Below, piece by piece: positions 19,066 to 27,530 of a stretch of 32,000 nt of DNA (position 1 is the stretch's first letter; each line of letters begins with the position of its first letter). The notes under the pieces were generated by a model. It saw only the letters and a program-made list of their open reading frames with translations, ran no database searches and was not told the origin of the DNA. Position numbers and translations under genes: made by a program. This DNA comes from Opitutales bacterium. GTDB lineage: Bacteria > Verrucomicrobiota > Verrucomicrobiia > Opitutales > UBA9783. Location of the stretch: NCBI GenBank assembly GCA_046881885.1, contig JBKSMP010000021.1:43046-75045 (forward strand), read 5' to 3'.

Positions 19066-19399
19066 TCGTATGGAAGATCCGCTTAAAGATGCCGAAACAT
19101 TTCGTTGGGATCTGGCTTCACGGAAAATTTTTGAATTGGGTAAAAAACCAAAAACCTTGGATGATATTCAAGGTCAATATATTGGTTTGTTTAAAATTTC
19201 AGCCCCGTTTATTAAAACATTTAAGCAAATATACGAAACATTTAAAGCTGTTCATCTAAATTATAAAAATGCGTACATGACAGACTTTTTGCAATTCCTC
19301 ATTGATAAAAACTTTCCTGTATTTGGTGTTCCCGTACGCAATAAATGGGCAGAGTTTGATACCGTTAACGATTTAAATTTGGAACTTGATTGGTTATGA
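19040..19399 (+). pseudogene. sugar/phospho-alcohol nucleotidyltransferase fragment (middle and C-terminus only)
   Basis: 'GQYIGLFKISAPF' and 'KWAEFDTVNDL' resemble the distal half of LicC/MobA-like NTP transferases. The N-terminal G-rich NTP loop is absent. Overlaps the previous ORF in another frame. Confidence 0.5.
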
Positions 19400-19587
19400 A
19401 AAAATCTTTTAAATCTTCATTATTTGTATCTTTATTCCCTTGGGCATTCTTTTGTTTTCAATACAATCAATGCCATGGATATTTTGCAGAAAGTTACGAA
19501 GTTTTGTTCAGCTTTTTTTGGCTTATTTAATGGCTTACGGCACTAAGGAAAAGAAATTAGAGAACTTCGATACGTCATGCTTTAGCT

Positions 19588-19646
19588 TGTGACAGTGTTT
19601 TACGAGTGATCATGCCGGATAGAGGACGTTTTTGACGACTGTCACA
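19588..19646. repeat. inverted pair of TGTGACAGT motifs (19588-19596 and reverse complement 19638-19646), 41-bp spacer
   Basis: Read directly. It is the same 9-mer family as the iteron cluster at 24420-24524 and lies ~240-300 bp upstream of the integrase start. Confidence 0.6.
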
Positions 19647-19884
19647 GTTGTCAAAAAGGAGATAAATACAACAACCGATTGTAGAAATTTCACCGCGGAA
19701 AGTTTTCATAACCTGTGCTAAACACAAAGACGAATATTGGGTGTTAGTCATTTGATAGAATCTGTAAGATTCTTTGCAAGTATTCCCTCCCAACCTTAAA
19801 TTAAAAGCAACATCCAAATCTTACCACACTGGATATATTTTGACAAATTTTTATCTAAAAGGTTGCAACAGAAAGAATAAGTTT

Positions 19885-20511
19885 ATGGCAACGTATAAGG
19901 AAAATTTAACCCAAGGTTTTATTGATAAAATTTCTACCCATAAAACCAACGGAAGCAAATCTGCATTCGATAGTTATTATGACACCAAAGAGCGCGGATT
20001 GGTTTTGTTGGTAACGACGAATGGCGTAAAAACGTTTTATCTGCTTACGAAAATTCAAGGTCGTACTCGGTGGATAAAGATAGGACGTTTTCCGGAATTG
20101 ACCGTTACAAATGCCCGTGAGGTAGCTCAATTGTACAAAGCGCAATTGGCTAAGGGGGAAGATCCTGAAGTTAAAAAGAAGCAATTGAAAGCGGAATTAA
20201 CGTTCGGCGAGCTCTTTAAAATGTTCATGGAACGCTACTCCAAACCGCAGAAACGATCTTGGAAGGAAGATGATCGGACCATCAACAAATACTATCACCA
20301 TTGGTTCAATCGCAAATTGTCTGCGATTTCCAAATACGATGTTAATTTGTACCACAACCAATTGCGTGCTGAACGCGGAATTTACGTTGCTAATCGAATG
20401 CTGGAGCGATTGAAGACCATGTACAACAAAGCGATCGAATGTGGTTGGAACGGCGAAAATCCGGCCATCGGCATTAAAATGTTCAAAAGACCTACTCTTT
20501 ACTTTGGATAA
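19885..20511 (+). pseudogene. P4-type tyrosine integrase, N-terminal ~208 aa only (catalytic domain deleted)
   Basis: Arm-binding DUF4102-like N-terminus ('ERGLVLLVTTNGVKTFYL...IKIGRFPELTVTNAREVA') and the start of the core-binding domain. Similarity ends after 'NPAIGIKMFK' with a stop at 20511. No R-H-R-Y domain follows. Confidence 0.75.
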
Positions 20512-20706
20512 TGAGATTATTACTTCTTACGAAAAGGTACTTGTGGATTTTTTGAAAATCTTAAAAAAAATCAATATAACACACGAAAAAACAAACTTCA
20601 AGAATTCCTTAAAGTTGTACAATCAAGTCAATTTGTTAAAATATTAGGAATAATACAAAAGATTCAGATATTTTCTTATGTTTGTTTATGTAAAAAAAAT
20701 AGCCTA

Positions 20707-21225
20707 ATGGAATTGAGAAAAAATATTTCAGAAGCCAAAGTTGGTCTCGAACAATGTGCCAATGCATTATTAAAAATATGGGAAAAAATCAGACAAGATA
20801 AGGATTTTCCCCAAAATCTAGATCTTTGGGAGCCAAAAATAAAAAATTTACTTCAAGTGTTCTATAACACAGCGTCCGATATTTATGCCCTAAATAAGGA
20901 TTGCGAGACAAAAGATCTTATCTTTAATGCACAAACAGAAAATGTAAAATTGCTGGAATATGAGGATTTTTTAAATAATTCTTGCAGCTATACCGAAACA
21001 GAGTTTGGGCTGGTTGATGTAAACTTGCATCAATTTTTTACAAATAACTACAATAGTCCTCATTGGTTATGGATCGCAGAGTTTTTAAACTGTTTATTTG
21101 ACCGCGCAGAAACAGAAAGTTCAATGAGAAATAATTTAAAAAACCAATTGCAACAAACTGTAGTATTGTTACCACACATCGGTCTTTATTATCTGAAAAA
21201 AAAGGATGAAAAGAAAACTTTATAA
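20707..21225 (+). CDS. hypothetical protein (172 aa), no recognisable domain
   Basis: Clean ORF with an ATG start in AT-rich DNA between the integrase remnant and hipA. Converges on hipA with a 6-nt overlap. Confidence 0.5.
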   Translation: MELRKNISEAKVGLEQCANALLKIWEKIRQDKDFPQNLDLWEPKIKNLLQVFYNTASDIYALNKDCETKDLIFNAQTENVKLLEYEDFLNNSCSYTETEFGLVDVNLHQFFTNNYNSPHWLWIAEFLNCLFDRAETESSMRNNLKNQLQQTVVLLPHIGLYYLKKKDEKKTL

Positions 21226-22443
21226 AACATGCTGAAAAGCAGGTTCCATCTCTTCTTGTTCAGAAGCACTTAAGCCGAAATACTGCGCAATAGATCGCCA
21301 TTGAGCGACAGCCGAGCGTTGTTTGGTTAGAATAGCGTTGGCTTCTTGCTTCGTAAGACGGAAATACTCAGAAACCGATAGTGCTAAATCGATCGAAGTT
21401 GAACTGTCATCTTCTGTGATGTTAAGTTGCAAATGAGAAGTTCTGTCCGGATTGGGATTAACATCGTAAAGTGGCGAAAGTTCGAGCCCATGTGGAGAAT
21501 TTCTTAAAAATCCATGATTGCGCAAATGATCATCTGTGTTGGAAATAAGAATTGAAAACAGCATTCGGCTCCAGAGTTCTCGCAGGTCGTTTTTTACATG
21601 GACACATCGAGTGGTTATAATGTCCGCAAGATTCAAATAGCTGTAATTTCCACTTTCACCATCGTTGGCATTTAACAATGTCATGGCTGAAAAAAATGGA
21701 ATTCTTTTTTCTCCCTGTCGATCAAAACGTTTTGCCAATAAAACAAGTTTATTGTTAATCGTTACCATACGCCATTGTTGTACGCGCAATCCAGCTTGTT
21801 GAGCCAACGTTAGTGCGACAGCTTCCCAATGAACCGCATTATCATTTTGTTTAGGGAATTTGGCTATATATAAATTTTTTCCGTCCACAACAGATGCTTT
21901 GGGACGAGACCCACCAAGCGAAGAACCGGGAATGAGTAGTTCTTTTAAGTCGCTAAAAGTTTCGTTATGAGTTAAGACATTTTCTGAAGCCATCAGCAAT
22001 TTGGATAAGGTCATAATGGACGGAATTTTTTTGCCCGTTTGTGTTAAAAAATCCCCTTTAGGCTCTCTTTTAAACCGCAGTGCTCCTTGACGCGAAAAAT
22101 CATTCAATTGCGTCAAAAAATCAATTTCTCGGAACTGTCGGCGAGGACGTTTTTCTGCTTGAGCCATTTTTGCTTCGTTTCTCTTAATAAGCAAACGTCC
22201 CCAAGAATCTGGTGCACAATCCTCAAATGAAGCAAACAATGCCTTTCGATTGTCCGTATGGAATGTACCCTCTGTTAATGGTAAAAATGGTTCCAGTTCG
22301 AAATTATTCAGATACCTTAGCCAAGATTCTTCGTATTTAAAGGAGGCACTTTCTTTTCCATTGTGATAGTACGACCAAAGCCGACCTACCGGGACATCTT
22401 GGCCGTCCAAATTGCAATAAACATAAAAAAGTGCTTCACTCAT
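21220..22443 (-). CDS. hipA: HipA-family serine/threonine kinase toxin
   Basis: N-terminal coupling domain ('VGRL...F.Y...W', 'APDSWGR') and kinase core ('GSSLGGSRPKA', catalytic loop 'ISNTDDHLRNHGFL'). 4-nt overlap with the upstream HTH gene. Confidence 0.85.
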   Translation of the reverse strand: MSEALFYVYCNLDGQDVPVGRLWSYYHNGKESASFKYEESWLRYLNNFELEPFLPLTEGTFHTDNRKALFASFEDCAPDSWGRLLIKRNEAKMAQAEKRPRRQFREIDFLTQLNDFSRQGALRFKREPKGDFLTQTGKKIPSIMTLSKLLMASENVLTHNETFSDLKELLIPGSSLGGSRPKASVVDGKNLYIAKFPKQNDNAVHWEAVALTLAQQAGLRVQQWRMVTINNKLVLLAKRFDRQGEKRIPFFSAMTLLNANDGESGNYSYLNLADIITTRCVHVKNDLRELWSRMLFSILISNTDDHLRNHGFLRNSPHGLELSPLYDVNPNPDRTSHLQLNITEDDSSTSIDLALSVSEYFRLTKQEANAILTKQRSAVAQWRSIAQYFGLSASEQEEMEPAFQHVL

Positions 22444-22760
22444 AGAAAATTCCTTTTCGTAACAATTCGTTTAGGCAATGTATCACTTGCCAAAGCTTGC
22501 CCAACCTTATCATTCGCAATATCGGCTACCACACTTAGATTTTCCAATAACCCTAAAACATATAGACACGTTGCATAAAACCCAATGGAAACTTGAGAAC
22601 TCCCTAGTTCAATCGAACGAAGCGTCATTCGAGTTGTTCCAACCCGATCTGCCATCAATTGCGTCGATATCCGCCGCCGAATTCGGGCTTCACGAATGTC
22701 ATGCCCCAACTTTTTTAACGTCTTTTTTACGTTCATAGGCAAAGATATTTGCGATCTCAT
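22440..22760 (-). CDS. hipB: Xre-type HTH antitoxin (HipB-like)
   Basis: 'LGHDIREARIRRRISTQLMADRVGTTRMTLRSIELG' is a typical Xre/HipB HTH. Translationally coupled to hipA. An alternative start lies at 22736. Confidence 0.75.
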   Translation of the reverse strand: MRSQISLPMNVKKTLKKLGHDIREARIRRRISTQLMADRVGTTRMTLRSIELGSSQVSIGFYATCLYVLGLLENLSVVADIANDKVGQALASDTLPKRIVTKRNFL

Positions 22761-22906
22761 ATGTATAATATATTATCCGTTATATAAAATAAGGTATGAT
22801 ATATTTATCTTTATGTCAATATTTTTGTTATACCGGGGATAGAGATTCAAAAAAATATTTTTCCATCCCCTGTGTAGCGTAAATCGAAATAAGTTAAACT
22901 GGGTGC

Positions 22907-23146
22907 ATGAACGAAAAGATTCGTAAAAATAAGTTATTAAGTATACAAGAAGCTGCGGAATATTTAGGTGTAAAACCGAACACAATCGCGGTATGGTTAT
23001 CGACGAAACGTTACCCGTTGAAGTCGGTTAAGCTAGGACGTCTGCGGAAATTTCGGCAGGAAGATTTGGATGAATTCATTGCTCAAGCGACGGAAGACAC
23101 CAAAAATGACTGCAATTTACATAAGAAGGGAGGCTTTTATGTGTAA
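22907..23146 (+). CDS. excisionase/AlpA-like HTH DNA-binding protein
   Basis: 'LLSIQEAAEYLGVKPNTIAVWLSTKRYP..VKLGRLRKFRQEDLDEFI' matches the MerR-type excisionase (HTH_17) pattern. Transcribed divergently from hipBA. Confidence 0.7.
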   Translation: MNEKIRKNKLLSIQEAAEYLGVKPNTIAVWLSTKRYPLKSVKLGRLRKFRQEDLDEFIAQATEDTKNDCNLHKKGGFYV

Positions 23147-24443
23147 TTTGGCCGAAATATTGATCGAGGATGCCAAGAAATGTGGTTGTTTACAAAAGGA
23201 GGAAACTCCAAGTAGCACATTTCCACTGGATTGTTTACCGAAAGATCTGAAAAATTACGTTCAAGAATTGCTTCGCGCCGAGCAAGTACCTGTGGACTTT
23301 TCAGCACCGTTGATGTTATTGACAACATCGGCTGTTTGTTTCCGAAAAATTTTTGTACAAATTTTGCCCAACAAAATAACACCGCTCAATCTTTACGGAT
23401 TATTTGTTGCGCCGAGTGGATTTGGTAAGACAAGTATTTTTAAACGTGTATTGCAGCCTCTTTATGATAAAAATAATGCGTTACATCAAGCATTGAACAT
23501 TTCTGGAATGTCGGCTGTAATACCCGCCAAAATATTTGTAGAAGATATTACCTCGGAACGCCTCGCAAAAGTTTTAGCAGAAAATAATGAACGTATCTGC
23601 TATTTAGCTTCCGAAGGCCGAAAATTTATTGATGTGGTCGTTGGATGTTACAAAGATAAAGCAACTGATGAAACTTTGCTTTTAAAATGTTTTTCGGGAG
23701 ATTCCTGTGACATTGAACGCAACAATGGCCAACAAATCTATCTGCAGAATCCGCTAATTACAACCATTATTGCGGTACAACCCGATAAAGCAATGCAATT
23801 GTTTAAGCACAAAACTTTAAGAGACAGTGGATTACTCCCCAGATTTTTGTGTATTGCTAGTCAAGTCGAACCTCAATTACTACCTGCAGATCCTATCGTC
23901 CTGAATTCTGCTATCGAATCCAAGGTTCATAATCGTTGGAAGCTTTTACTGGATGAAGATTTGGCCAGGAAACGACCTGTGATTATTCATGCAAATAATG
24001 AAGTTTACACGCTTTATCGTGATTATTATAATACGATCCAGAAAAGATTAGGTGCTCAAGGAGATATTTCATCTCTTGGAGCACCGTTTGCAGGACGTTG
24101 GGCTGAAATGGCTATCCGTATGGCGGGAATTTTGCATATATACGAAAATCCTGTCGAAAAACTGTTATCTGCAGATACGTTTCAAAAGGCACTTAAAATA
24201 CAGGATTCTTTTTTTGTTCAACAGCAAATGAACTTTATTGATTTTATCTACAACAAAGAACAAGACAATGCTTTGAATAAAATTTATGAACTTTTACATA
24301 AAAATAACCAAAAGTTGTCTATCCGCGATACCTATCGCCAACTTCATATAGATAAAGCTTCGTTACTGCAACTTGTAGAACAAGATCCGAGTCTACGCTT
24401 AGACAATAAATATATTTGTTGTGACAATTGTGACAGTAACTAA
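23139..24443 (+). CDS. DUF3987-family protein (putative replicative helicase/loader of integrative elements)
   Basis: 'FPLDCLPKDLKNYV' N-terminus and 'NLYGLFVAPSGFGKTSIF' P-loop-like segment as in DUF3987 proteins. GGGAGG RBS at 23128-23133 and ATG at 23139 overlap the alpA-like stop. The track start at 23070 is rejected. Confidence 0.75.
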   Translation: MCNLAEILIEDAKKCGCLQKEETPSSTFPLDCLPKDLKNYVQELLRAEQVPVDFSAPLMLLTTSAVCFRKIFVQILPNKITPLNLYGLFVAPSGFGKTSIFKRVLQPLYDKNNALHQALNISGMSAVIPAKIFVEDITSERLAKVLAENNERICYLASEGRKFIDVVVGCYKDKATDETLLLKCFSGDSCDIERNNGQQIYLQNPLITTIIAVQPDKAMQLFKHKTLRDSGLLPRFLCIASQVEPQLLPADPIVLNSAIESKVHNRWKLLLDEDLARKRPVIIHANNEVYTLYRDYYNTIQKRLGAQGDISSLGAPFAGRWAEMAIRMAGILHIYENPVEKLLSADTFQKALKIQDSFFVQQQMNFIDFIYNKEQDNALNKIYELLHKNNQKLSIRDTYRQLHIDKASLLQLVEQDPSLRLDNKYICCDNCDSN

Positions 24444-24524
24444 AAACGGCTTCTATCCTGCATGAATACTAACAAAACGCTGTCACAAAAGCGAATTGCG
24501 ACACTTCGTGACACTTGTGACAAT
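24420..24524. repeat. iteron-like cluster: six copies of YGYGACANY
   Basis: Read directly. Copies: tgtgacaat 24420-24428, tgtgacagt 24429-24437, gctgtcaca 24479-24487 (inverted), tgcgacact 24497-24505, cgtgacact 24507-24515, tgtgacaat 24516-24524. The cluster spans the DUF3987 stop and the gap before the primase-like gene. Confidence 0.6.
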
Positions 24525-24538
24525 TTTTAAGGAATACC

Positions 24539-25459
24539 ATGAGTATATACATACAAAAGCTTTATTCAATCCCAGCTCCGGGTAAGGGTTGCCATACAGC
24601 CCTTCTCGGAGTAGCCAACTGCGGACTTTATGCAGGGCTTTCGGAAGTGCAAATTTTTGAAGATATTCGACAACACATCCCCAATGGAACACGCCACGTT
24701 CCTGACAGTGAGATTTGGGCTGCCGTCGCAAAAGCAAAAAGCGATTACATCCCTTATCGAAGCGTATTTAAAAAGCCATTTAGAAAATCTGCTTCTTCCA
24801 AACCAAAAATTCCTTCAGAATATCGAGATCATCTGCTAGAAAAAGGCAAGGACACAGAAGAAGTCGATTTTTGGGAAGCTTCCCCGGTTCGATTATTGGA
24901 TTCGCCCGAAAAAGATGCTGAACTTCTTTTGAAAACACTTTACGAACCTGATGATTACTTATTCATTGGAACGCAGTATGATACAAAAGTTCGAACCGTC
25001 GCTCAATGGCTAGACTTTTTTAAAAAACATCCATTGTTTCTACCCTTAATTTGTCCAAATCCCGTCGATGGCCAACTGCATCCAACAAAATCCGGGGCCC
25101 TATCCTATCGTTGCGATGCTGCTGTTTGCAAATTTAAGTTCGCTGTACTGGAGTTTGATTCACTAAGTCGCACCGAGCAATTTGCCTTTTGGGGCGAAAT
25201 GCTCAACGTACTACCCGTGGTTGCGCTCATAGATTCCGGCAATAAGAGCCTTCACGCGTGGATTCATGTGCCTGATGTTCATACCCTCGATGAATGGAAA
25301 ATAAAGATCGAACAAAAATTTTTCGAGCAATGCCTAAAACCTCTCGGCATCGATACCGCCTGCAAAAACCCTTCCCACATGAGCCGCCTCCCCGGCTGTA
25401 TCCATAAGGAAACAGGACGGTGGCAAAGGCTGTTGTATCTGCATCCGGACGTAAAATGA
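24539..25459 (+). CDS. archaeo-eukaryotic primase (AEP/Prim-Pol)-like protein
   Basis: Motif order is 'FAVLEFD' (acidic motif), 'SGNKSLHAWI' (sG..H motif), then 'NPSHMSRLPG'. The N-terminal 'GKGCHTALLGVANCGLYAGLSEVQIFEDI' resembles PriCT-type helper domains. AAGGAA RBS upstream. Confidence 0.5.
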   Translation: MSIYIQKLYSIPAPGKGCHTALLGVANCGLYAGLSEVQIFEDIRQHIPNGTRHVPDSEIWAAVAKAKSDYIPYRSVFKKPFRKSASSKPKIPSEYRDHLLEKGKDTEEVDFWEASPVRLLDSPEKDAELLLKTLYEPDDYLFIGTQYDTKVRTVAQWLDFFKKHPLFLPLICPNPVDGQLHPTKSGALSYRCDAAVCKFKFAVLEFDSLSRTEQFAFWGEMLNVLPVVALIDSGNKSLHAWIHVPDVHTLDEWKIKIEQKFFEQCLKPLGIDTACKNPSHMSRLPGCIHKETGRWQRLLYLHPDVK

Positions 25460-25464
25460 AAAAC

Positions 25465-26175
25465 CTAAATGTCAAATCCTTTAAATTTCATGCAATAAAT
25501 TTCTTGATAAAGTTTACTGCAATCTGTTTCTGCACATACTTTGGCCCAAGTATCTAGTGCCGAAGACAAAACATCCTTTAATTCTTTTTCTGTAGAAAAG
25601 TTTTCTAAGAAATTTTTTAATCTTTCGATAGTCTCTGGGGTAAACTCTAATACCACAGGGCTTTCTCGAAAATGACCACGGTCTTCCTCTATTCCAATAC
25701 ATGGAAGTTCCACCTTTTCACCAAAAATCGCCTCCATTTTCTCAATATATGACTCAGGATAATTACCCATCAAGGCTTTGTGTAAATTATAACCAGCACC
25801 ATAAGATCTGGATAACAAAAGCTGCATTGCTCTTGCACATACTACAGAAGCAGGACCACAAAATTCCAGGGATGAAAGTTCCGACAAAGTCCTCATATCA
25901 CCACCTTTAATAGCACAGGCAACATTTTGCATCATAATAGAACCAATTAGTTTTTTATCAAATTTTTGAGAGGCTTCTGGATCCTCATAAATTTTTCGAT
26001 AAATATGAGCTAAAAAAGAATACTGCCTTATACCTTTTAATTTTTTTGCTCGATCTGAACACTTTTTTTGCAAATCCGTTAGACTAGGTAACTCCCTTAA
26101 TCTTTCGATATCAAAATCACCACCGAAACATTTTAATCCGACACATATTAAGGATAAAAATAATACTTTTTTCAT
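25465..26175 (-). CDS. secreted Cys-containing hypothetical protein (236 aa)
   Basis: Signal peptide 'MKKVLFLSLICVGLKCFG-GDFD'. No known domain. Immediately downstream of the zincin gene on the same strand. Confidence 0.55.
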   Translation of the reverse strand: MKKVLFLSLICVGLKCFGGDFDIERLRELPSLTDLQKKCSDRAKKLKGIRQYSFLAHIYRKIYEDPEASQKFDKKLIGSIMMQNVACAIKGGDMRTLSELSSLEFCGPASVVCARAMQLLLSRSYGAGYNLHKALMGNYPESYIEKMEAIFGEKVELPCIGIEEDRGHFRESPVVLEFTPETIERLKNFLENFSTEKELKDVLSSALDTWAKVCAETDCSKLYQEIYCMKFKGFDI

Positions 26176-26232
26176 CTTTTACCTCTTTCTTTTTCGCTTC
26201 ATTATTTTTCAATGTTTAAATAAGTCAAGTAT

Positions 26233-27339
26233 TTATTTGGAAATTGTTATGGTTTCCTCTTCGTTTAAATCGGTTAAAATTTGTTTTAGAAGAGTTAAAG
26301 GTTCAATTATATCACCATCCTGTGTCTCGAACATTTGTAATTCGCTATTTATTTCCAAATTAAGGCCTTCAAAATCAGTTTCTGTTTCGTAAAAAACCCT
26401 TATAGGAATATTATCCAATATTCTAAACATTAACTCTGAAACATGGTCAGGAACACTATCTTCGGAAGTTGAATTCTTTACGGAACGGACTCCCCAAATT
26501 GTATATAAATCATCATATAGCCCCCAAAAATCTTCACCACCATATTTATCGTGATCAAGTTTATTAGGACTGTTTTCTCCCGTTGCTTTATTTTCGAGAC
26601 TATGCATCAAATGTATAAGTTCATGCACTAAACCTAAATAAAAAGGCCTCTTGTGTTCAGCAAAGCGTATTGGTGTTTTTACTTCTGTACTTTCCTTTTC
26701 ATACACATATACATCTTCTCCTTTCTTGGCTTCCTTAAAGCCAAAAGAAAGTTGATTATTTGCTTTCGCTGTATTTCCATCAAATTCTATTTTTGGAATT
26801 TGTATTTCATATAAATCATTTTTGGAAATAACGTATTGAAATGCAAAAAATCCAATATTAAACAAGATCATTTTATCCCCAATTTTATCTAAAATCCTGC
26901 TAATAAGAGCACATCCTATTGGATTATCTACAATATGGTACATTATCACACGAATGGCACTCAACGTGTTTATATCTTTTGTCGAAAAACGAACATGAGC
27001 TAGAAATGCATTAACAAAAGTTTCTGTATCTATAAATCGTGTTCGATGAGCTAAATTTTCTGGATGCAATTTTTTATCTAATGTTTTAGGAATAATGCGA
27101 AAACAATCACGTCCATTTATCTTCTCTTGCAAGATGTTAGCTTCATTCAAAAGGATCGATATTTTGCTTAAATCTGTTTTTTGACGCTTTTTTGCTGGGA
27201 TATCCTGAATTGTTTCATTTTCTAAATTATAATAGTTTACTTCTCCATCATAACTAACCAAGCTGGATACATCAATGAAATCTCCATAGGCGACAAAATT
27301 TAATAACGTAAAAATTAACAATGTATGTAGTTTATTCAT
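26233..27339 (-). CDS. secreted HExxH zincin metalloprotease, M91 (NleD)/M27-like motif
   Basis: Signal peptide 'LLIFTLLNFVAYG-DFID'. 'GLVHELIHLMHSL' (H239-E240-x-x-H243, nt 26611-26625) with downstream acidic residues. 368 aa. Confidence 0.65.
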   Translation of the reverse strand: MNKLHTLLIFTLLNFVAYGDFIDVSSLVSYDGEVNYYNLENETIQDIPAKKRQKTDLSKISILLNEANILQEKINGRDCFRIIPKTLDKKLHPENLAHRTRFIDTETFVNAFLAHVRFSTKDINTLSAIRVIMYHIVDNPIGCALISRILDKIGDKMILFNIGFFAFQYVISKNDLYEIQIPKIEFDGNTAKANNQLSFGFKEAKKGEDVYVYEKESTEVKTPIRFAEHKRPFYLGLVHELIHLMHSLENKATGENSPNKLDHDKYGGEDFWGLYDDLYTIWGVRSVKNSTSEDSVPDHVSELMFRILDNIPIRVFYETETDFEGLNLEINSELQMFETQDGDIIEPLTLLKQILTDLNEEETITISK

Positions 27340-27472
27340 ATCACTTTAATATATCGGCCATTTTTTAAAAAACTTTAGTGTTTTTTTAATTTTTTTGAAA
27401 AATTTTATGAAAAAAGCCTAAAATCTTCAAAATTCATATGCGGAGGAGCGTAATTAAGGAATACCTCACATC

Positions 27473-27528
27473 CACTAAGAAAACTTAGTCAATTATCTTT
27501 TCTTAGTAAATTTCACTAAGAAAACTTA
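27473..27528. repeat. 15-bp perfect direct repeat CACTAAGAAAACTTA (27473-27487, 27514-27528) with an inverted core TTTTCTTAGT (27498-27507) between the copies
   Basis: Read directly. Lies between the stop of the 295-aa ORF and the zincin gene, and allows two mutually exclusive 10-bp hairpins. Confidence 0.6.
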
Positions 27529-27530
27529 AT

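Noticed and set aside
19575-19817. 80-aa minus-strand ORF upstream of the integrase
   Set aside because: No RBS or recognisable motif. It overlaps the TGTGACAGT inverted pair and probable regulatory DNA. Its 'DNCDS' peptide is just the translated repeat motif.
20441-20647. 68-aa ORF spanning the integrase breakpoint
   Set aside because: It overlaps the integrase remnant out of frame and continues into AT-rich filler. No start context or motif.
22761-22906. HipB operator (E. coli type TATCC-N8-GGATA) in the hipB/alpA-like divergent region
   Set aside because: Only a 'TATCC' half-site near 22773, an AT palindrome (ATAATATATTAT) and a 6-bp GGGGAT/ATCCCC inverted repeat are present. No convincing operator could be defined.
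23070-23138. Longer start for the DUF3987 ORF (track start 23070)
   Set aside because: It would overlap the alpA-like gene by 77 nt and add a basic peptide with no homology pattern. ATG 23139 has a GGGAGG RBS and a typical stop/start overlap.
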